Shown: one piece after another, positions 30,601-41,605 of the stretch | How the letters are laid out: the number at the start of each line of letters is the position of its first letter | How positions within the stretch are numbered: the stretch's first letter is position 1 | IMG/VR virus record: IMGVR_UViG_3300042560_001323 | Location: 179,167-243,166 of that record | Direction: 5' to 3' (one strand) | Length of the DNA stretch: 64,000 bases | Position numbers and translations under genes: made by a program | The notes under the pieces: generated by a model | The model's input: the letters and a program-made list of their open reading frames with translations, nothing else | Told to the model about the DNA's origin: nothing | Database searches by the model: none

Positions 30601-33600
30601 TTCTGCAGATGTTGAAAGACCAATAGCTGATTCACTGTATTTTATTACATATACCGTTGAAGGAAGTTTGTCAGTTGAACCAATTCCACTGATTGATGTA
30701 GTTTTAATACCAATTGGCGAAACATCATAAGAGTATGCAAGTTTTTCACCGTTTGTGAAAAAGTGATTCTCTAACTGTAAAACATTTGATGCTACATTCA
30801 CAACAGATGAATTACTGCCGACAAAACTCCTATTAAAAATTGGGTCGCTATTATATTTTAAGTCAAATTGTTTATTGAAACCATCAAAACCTAGACTAAT
30901 ATCGTCAATAGTTAGAACCCTATTGCCTACCGTTTCTGAATAATCTTGGAGTATTCTATTATTAAAATAAACTTGGTTTGAACCTAAATTTGAATCTATC
31001 AGATAATTATTTTCTGTAACAAGATCATAATCCTCAACACAATTTAAATTAACTTCCGAATCATTAAAAATTATAATGTTGGTTAATGACTCGGTTTCAG
31101 ATGAGCCGGTTCCGATTATATTTTCTGACTCAACTACGAGATCACTAAATTTCTTAAAACCGGAGATATGATTTAGACTGCTAACTGCATTGTTCCAAGT
31201 TTGATAATCAACTTTTGATTTTAATGAATATGCAAAAGAATTATAGTAATTATTGTCTTGAATTCTTTGGAACTCGTTATCAAGGAACCCCTTTTCGGTA
31301 TTCCAACCTTTTTTAACTATAGATGAAGATTTAATAATATAACGTGAATTGAAATCATATACTGTAGAAATTTTACCCCCGGAACGAGAATCTGAACCAA
31401 TAATTAATTGACCGGGTGTAAACTGATCTGTTGTGGATATTGTTAGGAGTTCATTATCACTATTCCAAAACTGAACAATTCCCTTTAAATTGTCTGCCGT
31501 TACAACTTCACCAATTAAGAATAAATTTTTAGAAAGTTCTGTGATAAATTGTGGGAAGAATTTTTCGGGAACTACAGAACCCGATGAAACGGTTGAATTG
31601 TATACGCCAGGATATTCGGTGTCACTTAATTTGTTGGCCAAATTATAAGTTATGGAGCCGTTTGAACCGCCAATATTCGGGCTAATACTAGTAATAGTAA
31701 ATCTGGAGTAGTCATAAGAAGATGAATTGTAGCCTTTGGCGGATGAGTCGGTTAAAATTGATACATTTTCAACCAAAACTTTGTCTCCGATAGCAAATGG
31801 AAAATCTTCAATATTGCTATAACTTGTAGTGAGGACTATGGCAACATCTTTAGTTGTTTCATTGAAAGAAATTGAGCTGATACCAATTGCATTTGAGTTA
31901 TTTGTTGGTATAATAATAGGTTGAGCATTATTAATACCTTTGCTATTTTTAATAATTTGAACTTCAGAATCACCAAGTTGATATCTTAAATCAACACCCG
32001 GAACCGGCTTTAAAGTTAAGCCATCCAATAGAACTAAAGTTGGAGCAAAAATATAATTTCTTCCAGTTGAAACAACAGATATTGTTTTTAATGAAGTCTG
32101 GGGGGCTACAATGATAACTACTGGAGTTTGGGTGGACGGTGTAAGAGTTAAATCTGCAGGATAATCAAAACCAATGTTATTAATATTAACTCGGTTGACT
32201 GAGCCAATGGACTTACTAACTACTTCAAAAATTGCATTCCTTCCTTGGTTGGTTATAACTGAACTAATTCCTGGTAAAAATTTATAGTTGCTACCACCAG
32301 AAGTAACTCGTATCGTATTAACGGGGCCGGTTGTAGTTTTAGATGTTGTTGTGTATGTTACATTATTTGTATAAACAGCAGCCTCCGGGGTTGCATCAAC
32401 GCTGTATGTGAATGACGTTGAACCAACCCCGCTAATTGCATACGTTCCTGAATAACCGCTATCAACATAATTAAGAGTATTATATTTTGATGTATTTTCT
32501 TCATCAATGATGACTTGTTTATTTTTTCTGGGGGTTAATTTATAGAATAACTGATTTGGTAGATTTTCATCATAGTTTAAAGTTACTGTTGCATCTAAAT
32601 CTACACCGATACGTCCAGATTTAATTACATTAAATGACGGCCCGCTGAAAGTAGTTTCAAATTTATTAATAAATTGCTTGTCTGTATAAAAATCAAAATC
32701 AAAAGCTGGAACCAATTGGAAACCATCATTGTCAGACAAACTTGAGTCCGAAAGATCAAAAATTGCGGAATTATTTTTTACGATATTTATACTAGGATTT
32801 ACTTCTGAAATTGTTCCATACGAAGCATTAGAAAGAGAAATTATATTTGGCTCGCTTAAAGATGCATTATAATATGAACTAGACAAACTTATTACATTTG
32901 AATTCAGTACAATGACATAATAACTCGTATTGCTAATTAACCCAGTAGTCGGAACTAATGAAGTATGAAGAATCTTTTGTCCAGTAAAATAATTATGGTT
33001 GGGGATTTTTATCGTTCCATATATTATATTAACATCTGTGGCCAAAAACTCTCTGGGATTTACAAGTAGCCGTTGGGTTGCCTGATTGTATATAATTTTA
33101 ATGTTTTTTGTTGAATTGGGTGTGGCCGAAACTGTAATTAAATCGCCAACATTAAGCTCCGAACTAGTTTTGGGGAAAACTGATACTAAATTTTTATCTA
33201 CTTGACCAATAGTTGAATCATACGAAGTTATGATGCTATGCTTTTTACCAGTTCCATTAACATTAAAATAAAGAATATTTGCCCCACTCGTTGTGTTATA
33301 ACCAACAAAGTTTCCAGTAGCACCAACTCCAACCTTTTCAGTGGATAAGCCAACAAAATCACTTGAATACCTAACTGCATAGACGGTAGTATTATCTTTC
33401 AATAGCGAAGTTGTAATACCATTAGTTGATATGGTAATTTCAGTGCCACCATTTATTTTATATGTTAACTTTTCACCAGTTTTCAGATTATGATCTGGAA
33501 TATAGATTGATCTTGACGGAACAAAAATATTAGTTAGACCAACACCTGGGGTAGAAAATGTTATCGTCTTGCCGAGGCCAATTCCTACACATTCCTCTGG

Positions 33601-36600
33601 ATTAAAGTAAATTTCTTTATTGATAAAAGAATTATTGAAGTCTTGAATCTCTGCACTAAAAGAGAACTTTCTTGGTACTTCTTTTATCGTGACTCCCACA
33701 GTATGATAAGTTCCAGCAGTGCCACCATAAGCTCGCTCCACGAAAAGTCTGGATGATTGTGTATCAATGTTTAGGACTTTTACATTTTCATTGTCAATTT
33801 GTAAAATATCATTTTCTCGGAGATATGGAAAATCTAAGTTTCCGTAAAGATTGATATATGTTACAATTCCGGTAATACCTGAGACATTAACATCGGTATT
33901 TAATGTGTACTTTTGGCTTGAAACCGATGCCCTAAAAGATTTTTGCAGATTTAATTTATTGTGACTTAGATTTTTAATAGAAACTATATCTCCATTAGAA
34001 ATATTGTGAGGTAAACTACTAAATCCAATTACATTATTTGATGAATTAGGTATAAACTCTACATTAAAAATTGTTGTTGAACCTACACTAATGATGTTAA
34101 CATCTTTCCCTTTAACGGAAGAAACTTCTGCTGATGCATTAATACCTCCCGAAGTTTCGCTATCAAAAATTAACTTATCTTTAACTTTATAACCATCTCC
34201 ACCATCGGTGACCAAAACCTCTTCAACCGAACCAGTTAAAGTGCTGGTTACAGTAGAGGAATGATCGTATGTGTTAAATGGAGATAGAAGATATTTATAG
34301 AAACTTTTTTCAGATTTAAGCCTAAATGGGGTTGTATTTCTAAGCCAACCGGTTTTGTTTAAATCTATTGTATCTTGATTTGAATAATAATCAAAATTAA
34401 AAGTAATTGGTTTAGATTTATAGGATTCACCGATAAGATAAGGAAATACCGGTCTAAAATAATCCTTAAATGGGCCAGAGTTTTCAACCCCTTGGTCAGA
34501 AACGGTTGCAAAATATGCATAGGTTCCGTTGGGGAAATCTGGAGTGATGCAATATCTGCCATTATGCTCATCTAAATCACCAGAATTATTAAATTCGTAA
34601 TCTTCAATAAAAATACCAGCAGAATAGAGAGTCGTATTTGGGCGGCCTTCTTTAAGGGATAATCCATAACTACTCTGTAGTAATTTTACCCTTCCCGAGG
34701 TTTTATGTTCATAACCATACGGGCCGTAAATGGGATTCCCATCATATGCCCAACCAATAATAGGAGAATGTGAATCTGAAATTGTTTCCCTATTATAAGA
34801 ATCTAGAGTTAAGTCTGGACGATAGGTTGGGTTATTTGATACATATTTTACACCTTGCAGCATTTGCCGCAATTTCCTAGGGGCATACCCGTGGACATAC
34901 TCTAAACCTAAATCTGAGCGAGTTCCTCTTGTTATAAGTCCATCATCAGCCGTAATTTGATTGGTTTGTATTAAACGTTCATTCCAATTAATACTCCACG
35001 ATTTTGTATTAGTTCTTATTTCAGCATTTGAACCAGCGGAAACTACGGTTAGAGATGTATTTTTTTGCTCATAACCGTATCCAGAATTGATAATATTAAC
35101 ACTTTTTAATTCGCCGTCAGCGATAATTGGTGTTAATACTGCACCATTGCCGTTACCGCTGATTATAATATCTGGTGGAGAATTGTAACCTGAACCAGAG
35201 TTTATAATAAGAACTTCAGTAATTTTTCCATTTGATATAATTACTTGAAGTGTGGCATCTTTTCCGCTATTAATGGATATATTTGGCTGGCGATTATAGT
35301 TAATGATATTCTCTTGGCCATAATTTTGCCCACCACCCTCTACAAAAACTCTATTAATCCTTCCTCTGAAGATAGGGTTGGCGGGCGGTAATTCTGGAGT
35401 CGGTGTTGAACATAAATCTATAACCCCTTCAATAGTAACTTTAATTGGCTCATAATTAAAGAAATGTTTACCAATGCCGGAGGATGAAAAGTTGATATAT
35501 TGCTGAGAAGTTAAGTAAAAATCTTTACTTGTTAAAATACCTACGCTTGCTACTTGAGATAGCTTAAAATTGTTTTCATCAACTTCAGTTGCATAATAAG
35601 AAGTATTAGTTTGTATGCCTACGATTGGACTTTGGCTATAAGACTCGTAATTTATAAGTTCTCCAGTTTTAAAACCGTGACCGGGAAAGTTTATTGTATC
35701 GGTTATAATATTAATAGCTGAGGAATCAACAGAAATTCTACGATTTGTGTAACCTTTTCCTGGATTTGTTACCACGATTGATGAAATCTTTAGTTTCGGA
35801 CTAAAAGAAACTAACCTGTGAATACCAAATCCGGTTACATTAAGATTTATTGTATTTAAATCAGAAACTGAATCATCATAAGTTTTATAAAGTTTAACTT
35901 CATTTGGACTTACCCGCGAGACGTAATATTCGGCATTTGTTGTGATTCCTGTTACATATGAATAACCATCTGGAACGAATAGCACTTTTTCGTAATTAAA
36001 AAAGTTATGGCAATCTGTAAACTTGATAATATTACCAAAAATATTTTTAGTATTGAAGGTAGCAAAGTGCTCAAAATTACCAATTTCGGGTTCTGCTTTT
36101 GCTCCAGTTCCGTTACCACCAGTTATCGTTATTGATGGTTCACCGATAACGATTAGATTTGAGTTATTTAAGCGAATTTCTTTAAGATCCCCGACAATTT
36201 CTGGGGTTAATTTTGCTCCAGAACCCCGTTCATCTATAATATTAATTGTCGGTGGATTGTTAATGTCGTATCCATCGCCGGATGAAACCACAACAGCAGA
36301 TACAATTGGTCCATAGTAAACAGAATTTTGGGACTTATAATTTAAAATTTCAACACCATTTAAAAGAATACCAATATTGCCAACTGGAGTTGTTTCAACG
36401 GTCTTTCTATTGATTGGCTGCGTAATTTTTCTAATTATCTTTTGATTGGTTAATGTTTTACCAGTAAAATCATTATATTCTAAAGTATTATTGTTTACGG
36501 TGCCAGAAACGGTTAAATAACTCTCAGCTTTAAGATTGGAGAGGCTTGTTGCCAAAGAGAAAAAATCATCATTTACTTTTTTAATATAATATGTTCCTTT

Positions 36601-38385
36601 GGGTATACCCAAATTATTAACTGATGGATAGTCATATAAAACAATATCTCCAGATAAGAAGCCGTGATTTGTATAATTTAAAATTTCCCCAGAAAAGGTT
36701 CCAGATAATACGATTTTACGATTGGATACTTCTAGGGGCTGCTGAAAATAAAAAGGTAGTGATGGAGATGCAACAAAAACACTTTCGTTTAAATCTTCAT
36801 AAACATTTTGGACATTAGCTGAATAGATTTCTACATTTTTAAAATTGCTTGCGGAAACATTTGAAATGTTCTTTTCAATATAATCAATCGAAGAAAGCGT
36901 TAGCACCCCCTGCCCCTGAACAATAAAATTTGTAACATTTAATTTTGAGTAAACGTCTGTGGTTATTATTGTTCCATTGGTTAGAATAATATTCAAAGAG
37001 TCGCCAACTGAAAAAATGTTATCGTCAAAAGTTTTAATTTGATATTTTGATGTTATTGCATCAATAAGAGTAATACTTTCAACATAGTATGAGATTGGGA
37101 TATTATAAATCCAATTTTTTGAACGAACAGAACTGCTGAGTTTACCTAAAGTTTTTGGCTTAATAGAATCTCCTACTATTAGATTATATGCAGAATCAAT
37201 TTCTTCAAATTCGCCGATAACACCAGTTACTCTAACCGCAACAATATTGTTTTTATCTGAACCGCTATAACCATAAGCAAATGCATCAACTCTAACCGAT
37301 TCACCTGCTTCTAAATCTGATAAAATTCCACTACAGTCAAAAAATTGGGTTAAAGATTTTGATTCGTATTGAATTAAAGAATAATCATCTAAAACCAAAA
37401 AACCACTATAGGGAAATCCGACTGTAGAATCCACACTAATTGCATTTGAGCCCGCAATAACTTTTTTGCTTATTCTAGTCTTAGGATGAATAGAAAATTC
37501 ACCAAAAACAGAACCAGCAACGTCAATATCTTTGTTAAAATCGTAATCAAGACTTATAATGTAATAGTCACTACCGTTGCGAGATATTTTTTCGACTTTA
37601 CTGATTGAACCACTTGCCTTAGGATACTGGTCGGTCCTATCTTGGAATAAAGTTCTGTTTTCCAATAATAGTGGATCACCTAAAATAGCTTCAACAAAAA
37701 TATCTTTTGTTACCCGATATTCTGCCGCAGATGGTGTAAATAGATAATCTCTTGGTTTAATTACCTCTACTTTTTCACCGTAAAGAGCGCCGAAAAGAAT
37801 TTCAAAAGATTTGTCTGTTCCTTTTACTGAATAGAAGTCTTTTGATTTCTCAATGAATAGTTTTTGATTTACATTAGAACCAAATTCACGTCCTTCAAAT
37901 CCCGGAATATATTGCTTTTTGAGTTTATCTAGAAATTTATTAAGAAAAAGTATGCTAAGATTTTCTACAACTTCACCACTTAGATGACTATCAGAGACAC
38001 TTGCAGAAAATTCTAATTGAGAATTGGAAATTCCACTAAATCCCCTAACGCAATCAACAAAAGAAGTTTCAGTTTTTGAAGTATATGTAATAATTTCAGA
38101 ACCAATCTTCAATAGACCATAAGAAATTGGAAAGCCATCTGTAGATTCAACAAGAATGTCAGTATCTGAAAATGAAATGTCTGCAGAAAGGGTCGTATTT
38201 TCTACAAGATTGGTTAGATTTTGAAGCTTTGTATGATTAGAAAGATTTGATATTAAGTCAAAAGAAGCTCCAGGATATTCTCCAGAAATGTAATACTGCT
38301 TGATAAACTCCACTAAAAGTGGAGACTCTTGCCGCATAAATTCGGGAAATTGATTCTCAATAATAGAACTTATTTTAACTGACAT
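27700..38385 (-). CDS. gp7: Baseplate wedge initiator gp7-like (3561 aa)
   Basis: Position between gp6 and gp8; FY.VKGT..SF.ILF.AL.G, HSPIIGWAYDGNPIYGPYG, RIQDNNYY..FAYSLKS motifs. Confidence 0.85.
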   Translation of the reverse strand: MSVKISSIIENQFPEFMRQESPLLVEFIKQYYISGEYPGASFDLISNLSNHTKLQNLTNLVENTTLSADISFSDTDILVESTDGFPISYGLLKIGSEIITYTSKTETSFVDCVRGFSGISNSQLEFSASVSDSHLSGEVVENLSILFLNKFLDKLKKQYIPGFEGREFGSNVNQKLFIEKSKDFYSVKGTDKSFEILFGALYGEKVEVIKPRDYLFTPSAAEYRVTKDIFVEAILGDPLLLENRTLFQDRTDQYPKASGSISKVEKISRNGSDYYIISLDYDFNKDIDVAGSVFGEFSIHPKTRISKKVIAGSNAISVDSTVGFPYSGFLVLDDYSLIQYESKSLTQFFDCSGILSDLEAGESVRVDAFAYGYSGSDKNNIVAVRVTGVIGEFEEIDSAYNLIVGDSIKPKTLGKLSSSVRSKNWIYNIPISYYVESITLIDAITSKYQIKTFDDNIFSVGDSLNIILTNGTIITTDVYSKLNVTNFIVQGQGVLTLSSIDYIEKNISNVSASNFKNVEIYSANVQNVYEDLNESVFVASPSLPFYFQQPLEVSNRKIVLSGTFSGEILNYTNHGFLSGDIVLYDYPSVNNLGIPKGTYYIKKVNDDFFSLATSLSNLKAESYLTVSGTVNNNTLEYNDFTGKTLTNQKIIRKITQPINRKTVETTPVGNIGILLNGVEILNYKSQNSVYYGPIVSAVVVSSGDGYDINNPPTINIIDERGSGAKLTPEIVGDLKEIRLNNSNLIVIGEPSITITGGNGTGAKAEPEIGNFEHFATFNTKNIFGNIIKFTDCHNFFNYEKVLFVPDGYSYVTGITTNAEYYVSRVSPNEVKLYKTYDDSVSDLNTINLNVTGFGIHRLVSFSPKLKISSIVVTNPGKGYTNRRISVDSSAINIITDTINFPGHGFKTGELINYESYSQSPIVGIQTNTSYYATEVDENNFKLSQVASVGILTSKDFYLTSQQYINFSSSGIGKHFFNYEPIKVTIEGVIDLCSTPTPELPPANPIFRGRINRVFVEGGGQNYGQENIINYNRQPNISINSGKDATLQVIISNGKITEVLIINSGSGYNSPPDIIISGNGNGAVLTPIIADGELKSVNIINSGYGYEQKNTSLTVVSAGSNAEIRTNTKSWSINWNERLIQTNQITADDGLITRGTRSDLGLEYVHGYAPRKLRQMLQGVKYVSNNPTYRPDLTLDSYNRETISDSHSPIIGWAYDGNPIYGPYGYEHKTSGRVKLLQSSYGLSLKEGRPNTTLYSAGIFIEDYEFNNSGDLDEHNGRYCITPDFPNGTYAYFATVSDQGVENSGPFKDYFRPVFPYLIGESYKSKPITFNFDYYSNQDTIDLNKTGWLRNTTPFRLKSEKSFYKYLLSPFNTYDHSSTVTSTLTGSVEEVLVTDGGDGYKVKDKLIFDSETSGGINASAEVSSVKGKDVNIISVGSTTIFNVEFIPNSSNNVIGFSSLPHNISNGDIVSIKNLSHNKLNLQKSFRASVSSQKYTLNTDVNVSGITGIVTYINLYGNLDFPYLRENDILQIDNENVKVLNIDTQSSRLFVERAYGGTAGTYHTVGVTIKEVPRKFSFSAEIQDFNNSFINKEIYFNPEECVGIGLGKTITFSTPGVGLTNIFVPSRSIYIPDHNLKTGEKLTYKINGGTEITISTNGITTSLLKDNTTVYAVRYSSDFVGLSTEKVGVGATGNFVGYNTTSGANILYFNVNGTGKKHSIITSYDSTIGQVDKNLVSVFPKTSSELNVGDLITVSATPNSTKNIKIIYNQATQRLLVNPREFLATDVNIIYGTIKIPNHNYFTGQKILHTSLVPTTGLISNTSYYVIVLNSNVISLSSSYYNASLSEPNIISLSNASYGTISEVNPSINIVKNNSAIFDLSDSSLSDNDGFQLVPAFDFDFYTDKQFINKFETTFSGPSFNVIKSGRIGVDLDATVTLNYDENLPNQLFYKLTPRKNKQVIIDEENTSKYNTLNYVDSGYSGTYAISGVGSTSFTYSVDATPEAAVYTNNVTYTTTSKTTTGPVNTIRVTSGGSNYKFLPGISSVITNQGRNAIFEVVSKSIGSVNRVNINNIGFDYPADLTLTPSTQTPVVIIVAPQTSLKTISVVSTGRNYIFAPTLVLLDGLTLKPVPGVDLRYQLGDSEVQIIKNSKGINNAQPIIIPTNNSNAIGISSISFNETTKDVAIVLTTSYSNIEDFPFAIGDKVLVENVSILTDSSAKGYNSSSYDYSRFTITSISPNIGGSNGSITYNLANKLSDTEYPGVYNSTVSSGSVVPEKFFPQFITELSKNLFLIGEVVTADNLKGIVQFWNSDNELLTISTTDQFTPGQLIIGSDSRSGGKISTVYDFNSRYIIKSSSIVKKGWNTEKGFLDNEFQRIQDNNYYNSFAYSLKSKVDYQTWNNAVSSLNHISGFKKFSDLVVESENIIGTGSSETESLTNIIIFNDSEVNLNCVEDYDLVTENNYLIDSNLGSNQVYFNNRILQDYSETVGNRVLTIDDISLGFDGFNKQFDLKYNSDPIFNRSFVGSNSSVVNVASNVLQLENHFFTNGEKLAYSYDVSPIGIKTTSISGIGSTDKLPSTVYVIKYSESAIGLSTSAESALRDIPVPIILTNVGAGLTHTLTATSQNTRALISLGGAIQSPVVSSASSTKTTSYVGIGSTVILFSSIENFSSGDFAKINSEIVKVVAVGIASTNDVSVQRGWVGTGIETHSTNSTVYKILGDYNIINNTIHFVDPPKGPSPIGTTTGSGEDVDYVGVTTTLDFNGRVFMRSGAKNSTVDAYSTNFIFDDISNNFNGISSSFTLKSNYQNIAEFSPNNGAILINEVFQTPSDFAGSFRTYGSYTLEESSGITSIRFLGAPAAQTYDVNGTGLPIGGVIVSVGYSQGFGLQPLVAAGGTAVVSTAGTIRSISIGNSGSGYRSGLQTVNVGLYVSTTGISTVRYIGIASILNGNVVSVAITNPGFSYTSTNPPVVKFDDPLPYVDLPLQYQSLSSGIGTGGKVKINVGLGMSVVNLELTNRGFGYKKGDILTIGLGGTVGIPTITSPSYSNFRLSVDEIYNNKFAGWTFGELQIIDSIENLFNGLRKSFPIKIDNELRSIRARYGSPIDIKSTLLIFVNGILQIPGDGYNFTGSSFITFTEAPKEGYSCVVLFYRGTGSVDVVDVDVLESIKRGDTVKLNGDRGYSENERVVTSVNSSDSINTISYSGPGISEDETYTRPVKWCRQTEDLFIDQKEVPKTREIYEPIIEPSTNIIKTVGINSTTIFVENIRTFFDDQRENAIVDYRNKFKIITQDETRPAISTATVSIAGTIRSVTILDGGWGYISPPVVSFSNPIGLTTASRAYATATVSSGSISSITITTPGTGYTSSLPPQVMVSNPSSVFEDITASTIEGDFGIITGVATTSVGVASTGLVFNLYIPQESAMRNNSIVGAAVTISGIQTGYYFVLKNSFVGNGITSLDESGSIISIGSSFIDNVYRVADVSITQTFVTGVGTTSVSKVTVSITNNGITGIGFTGIYGTYSWGKITVLQRASSNEFTVYNNGLSGISTSPILKRVNPLKYKNYT

Positions 38386-38387
38386 AT

Positions 38388-40298
38388 TTAACGTATTATA
38401 GTTTTATCTGAATAACTTGATGTAGTAATATATGTAGTACCGGAAATATCACCACCGGAAGAAATATCATCTGTAACCATATTAATGACTGATTTACTTA
38501 TATCCATTTGTAAATACAAATCCTGTAAACCAATAACATCATTAGATGTTGGAGAAGCAGAGATTTCAATAAAATTTTGACTATCTTTAACTATAGTTGT
38601 TGATAGAATATTGATTGAGCTTATTTTTATCTCACCTTTTGAATAATCAATGGTTCCAACATTGCTGCGAATTATGATTGGAGTTATAGTAATGGAAAAT
38701 AAAACTAATGTTCCAGTAAAATTATCGTTTGGAATATCAGCCAAATAAACAGTATCGGCTATACCACTTACTTTAAAACCTGAAGATTTTATATTGTAAC
38801 CCTTTGAATCTTTAATATGAAAAGGGTTACCGAAGCAAATTTCATAATTTGCGAATGTGTTTATTAGAGCCTTTAAATCACGACGAATCTGAATATTTGT
38901 TATATTTGATGTTATAGCTGATAGGCTGTCATCAATAAGTTTTTGGAATTTACTATATTTAAATCTAGCACCATATCTGTTTAGTTCGTGGGAATCTGCA
39001 TAAGCCTGTATATTTTTTGCAACAGTGCTCTTAACTTGTTCAACTGAAGAGGTAAGATTAGGATTATAGTAAACATTTGTTACATATTCAATGAAAAGAT
39101 ATTTTAAGTCAATAATTTCGGGAACAATCCCGGATACTGCATAACGTCTTAGTTTCTTTTTGAGATTATCTTTGATACTATTTGGAACAAAGTTACCGTA
39201 GAATGGTTTAATAGTAATGAATACTTTTCCATATTGTGGCGGAGTTAATGTCTCTCCTCCATATGCCGAAACGCTCTCTGCCTCTGGATATATTCTAGGA
39301 ATAACGGCCTCATAATCTTCCGGGGTCACACATCTGCCTTGAGCGGAATAGTTCTTCGGTGCCAGGGTTTTAATTGAACTAATACTCTCTATTTCTTTGC
39401 CACCACTAGAAGAGATATTGGTAGTTAATAATGAAATTCCAGAAGTAACTGAATTGTTGTTATTATCTACAATTCTACCAATAAAGGAAAAGGAAGAAAC
39501 GCCGTTGGCTTCCCTTTGGTTTGTTACAACGTATGACACTTCAATAAAATTTTGGTCTTGAAGTGCTACTCCAAAGATTCCGTCACCAAAAATTAACTCA
39601 TATCTTTGGTCTTCAACTTCTTGAACAAAGAAAATATTAGAGGTGGAGGTAACATTGAATAAATTATCCGCAAAAGTGAACTTATTACTCTTAGAAGAAA
39701 TTCTATTATCTCTTACTGTAACTGTTATGGTTGAGGTATCAATATTTGGGTTATCTAAAATGTATCTTTGCGGCGGGGCCGGGTTAGTTCCCGCGACTGT
39801 AAAATTATCAACTACAAATGAACCTTCAACAATCTCTATGCTCTCAAAATATGCAATATCGTTGACAACTGGAACTGTAATATCGCTAGAGACTGAAAAA
39901 GCATAAGACTCATTACCAAATGCTGAAGATGAACAAACAAGTCCTTTCTTTAATGTTAATGAAACAGGGCGATAGGAATAGGAAGAAGTATCAACAAAGA
40001 ATGAAATATTTGCCCGTGCTGCTGTTGCACTTCTAGGAAGATAACCGATTTCTCTGGCAGCAGAGACAACGTTTTCTCTTAGTGTTGCGCTGTCAAGAAA
40101 GACCTCATTAGAGAGCATATTGCCAATGAAGGCATTAGTATAGGTATTGTATGCAAGAACATCAAGAATAACTGAAAGGTTAGAGCCCTCAAAGTCATAA
40201 TCGGTAAAATTGGAGTTCGCTCTTAGATAATCCTGTAGTGAGGCTCTTATCTGGTCGTAATCTAAAGTGGTAAAATTAACAATTGGTGATGTTGCCAT
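38388..40298 (-). CDS. gp6: Baseplate wedge subunit gp6
   Basis: NFTDYDFEGSNLSVILDVLAYNTY, AQGRCVT.EDY, PPQYGKVFI. Confidence 0.95.
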   Translation of the reverse strand: MATSPIVNFTTLDYDQIRASLQDYLRANSNFTDYDFEGSNLSVILDVLAYNTYTNAFIGNMLSNEVFLDSATLRENVVSAAREIGYLPRSATAARANISFFVDTSSYSYRPVSLTLKKGLVCSSSAFGNESYAFSVSSDITVPVVNDIAYFESIEIVEGSFVVDNFTVAGTNPAPPQRYILDNPNIDTSTITVTVRDNRISSKSNKFTFADNLFNVTSTSNIFFVQEVEDQRYELIFGDGIFGVALQDQNFIEVSYVVTNQREANGVSSFSFIGRIVDNNNNSVTSGISLLTTNISSSGGKEIESISSIKTLAPKNYSAQGRCVTPEDYEAVIPRIYPEAESVSAYGGETLTPPQYGKVFITIKPFYGNFVPNSIKDNLKKKLRRYAVSGIVPEIIDLKYLFIEYVTNVYYNPNLTSSVEQVKSTVAKNIQAYADSHELNRYGARFKYSKFQKLIDDSLSAITSNITNIQIRRDLKALINTFANYEICFGNPFHIKDSKGYNIKSSGFKVSGIADTVYLADIPNDNFTGTLVLFSITITPIIIRSNVGTIDYSKGEIKISSINILSTTIVKDSQNFIEISASPTSNDVIGLQDLYLQMDISKSVINMVTDDISSGGDISGTTYITTSSYSDKTIIR

Positions 40299-40699
40299 TA
40301 TCGTGTGGGCTGAAGGGCAAAAGATAACTGTTGTGGTAGGGCTTCAATGCCAATTATATTGTAACGAATGACCACATCATAGGCATTTTCATCATAATTT
40401 GGAATAACTTCAACCGCGATTAGAGATATTCTTGGTTCGTAGTTATTAAGAGTATTTTCAATCTCGCTCTGTATTGACGAAGCCGTTGAGTCTGTAATAT
40501 TTTCAAAAAGACTTCTTGATACGCTACAGCCAAGATTGCTCTGAAAAAACCGTTCGCCTTGTATAGTCAGAACTAGATTGCGAACCGAGCGGGAAATAGC
40601 AGTTTCATTTTTGATTGCAATAATATCATAGGATAAGGGATTGACCTTAAACGATGAAGAAATGTCCTTAAATGATTGAGTAACCCTCTCTACCGGCAT
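40298..40699 (-). CDS. gp25: Baseplate wedge subunit gp25
   Basis: FKDIS.SF.VNP, GERFF..LG, NYEPRI. Confidence 0.93.
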   Translation of the reverse strand: MPVERVTQSFKDISSSFKVNPLSYDIIAIKNETAISRSVRNLVLTIQGERFFQSNLGCSVSRSLFENITDSTASSIQSEIENTLNNYEPRISLIAVEVIPNYDENAYDVVIRYNIIGIEALPQQLSFALQPTR

Positions 40700-40727
40700 T
40701 TAATTATAGAAATCTACTTCTTATTTA

Positions 40728-40847
40728 TCACTCGAGGATTACCTTATCTTTCTCCTTTTTTTCTTTCAGTTCAAAGATTTCAGTCTCTTCTAGTGTGGTC
40801 TCAAAGAACTCTTCGCTCTCTACTTCTCTGATTAGTCGTTGTTCCAT
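40728..40847 (-). CDS. Small acidic hypothetical protein (MEQRLIREVESEEF...)
   Basis: 39-aa ORF translated manually; ATAAATA late-promoter-like motif upstream. Confidence 0.45.
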   Translation of the reverse strand: MEQRLIREVESEEFFETTLEETEIFELKEKKEKDKVILE

Positions 40848-40915
40848 TGTGATTTAGAATGAGTTCCACTATTTATTGAAATTATAAATAGTTTCACCAT
40901 AGTTAGAAAACAGTA

Positions 40916-41491
40916 ATGGACAGACAGGAAATGCTTAGGTTATATGAGTCTTATGTGAACGTTTATGAAAAGAATGAGTCCTGTGATGAATACGAAGATG
41001 TAGAAAAGGGCGAAAAAGAAGAAAAAGGTGAAAAGGAGGAAAAAAAATCCAAATCTAAGGCTAAAAAAGATAAAGATGAAAAGGAAATGAAAGAGTCTAA
41101 TGACCTTTATGACATAGTTCTTGGGTATCTTCTTGATGAAGGTCTTTGCGAGTCAGTTGAAAATGCTGAGATTATGATGGCTCATATGAGCGAAGGTTGG
41201 GTTGAAAGTATTATTGAAGTAACTGGAGGCGGCAAGGTGGAGTATAAACCCGTCTTTAGGGGAACTTCTGAAAGACCAGGACATCGAATTCAACCAAAAC
41301 CAGGATGGGATCCAGAAAAAAGAGGGATGGGGAGTTACCCTGGCCATAAAACTGCCAATAAAATAGATCAATTAAACTACCAAAGATCAAATACACCAAA
41401 GAGCCAGAGAAGTAAATTAAATAAAAGAATTTCAAAATTACAAGCAAGATTCGATAAGGATGGCGGAGATGATCAAGCGTATTCGGGGTAA
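40916..41491 (+). CDS. Late-expressed hypothetical protein with acidic helical domain (internal-protein-like)
   Basis: TATAAATA at 40883-40890; DLYDIVLGYLLDEG...AEIMM..MSEGW domain shared with ORFs at 44034 and 45808. Confidence 0.7.
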   Translation: MDRQEMLRLYESYVNVYEKNESCDEYEDVEKGEKEEKGEKEEKKSKSKAKKDKDEKEMKESNDLYDIVLGYLLDEGLCESVENAEIMMAHMSEGWVESIIEVTGGGKVEYKPVFRGTSERPGHRIQPKPGWDPEKRGMGSYPGHKTANKIDQLNYQRSNTPKSQRSKLNKRISKLQARFDKDGGDDQAYSG

Positions 41492-41531
41492 GATTTCCCA
41501 CATTTAAAGGTAAAAATCTCGGTAAATTCTA

Positions 41532-41571
41532 ACAACAAAAAAGCCCTCGGTTAGGAGGGCTTTTTTGTTGT
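41532..41571. terminator. Bidirectional intrinsic terminator
   Basis: AACAACAAAAAAGCCCTC-GGTTA-GGAGGGCTTTTTTGTTGT between convergent genes. Confidence 0.8.
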
Positions 41572-41605
41572 CAAAAATCGTTATACGCCAACTATTTCCT
41601 TATAA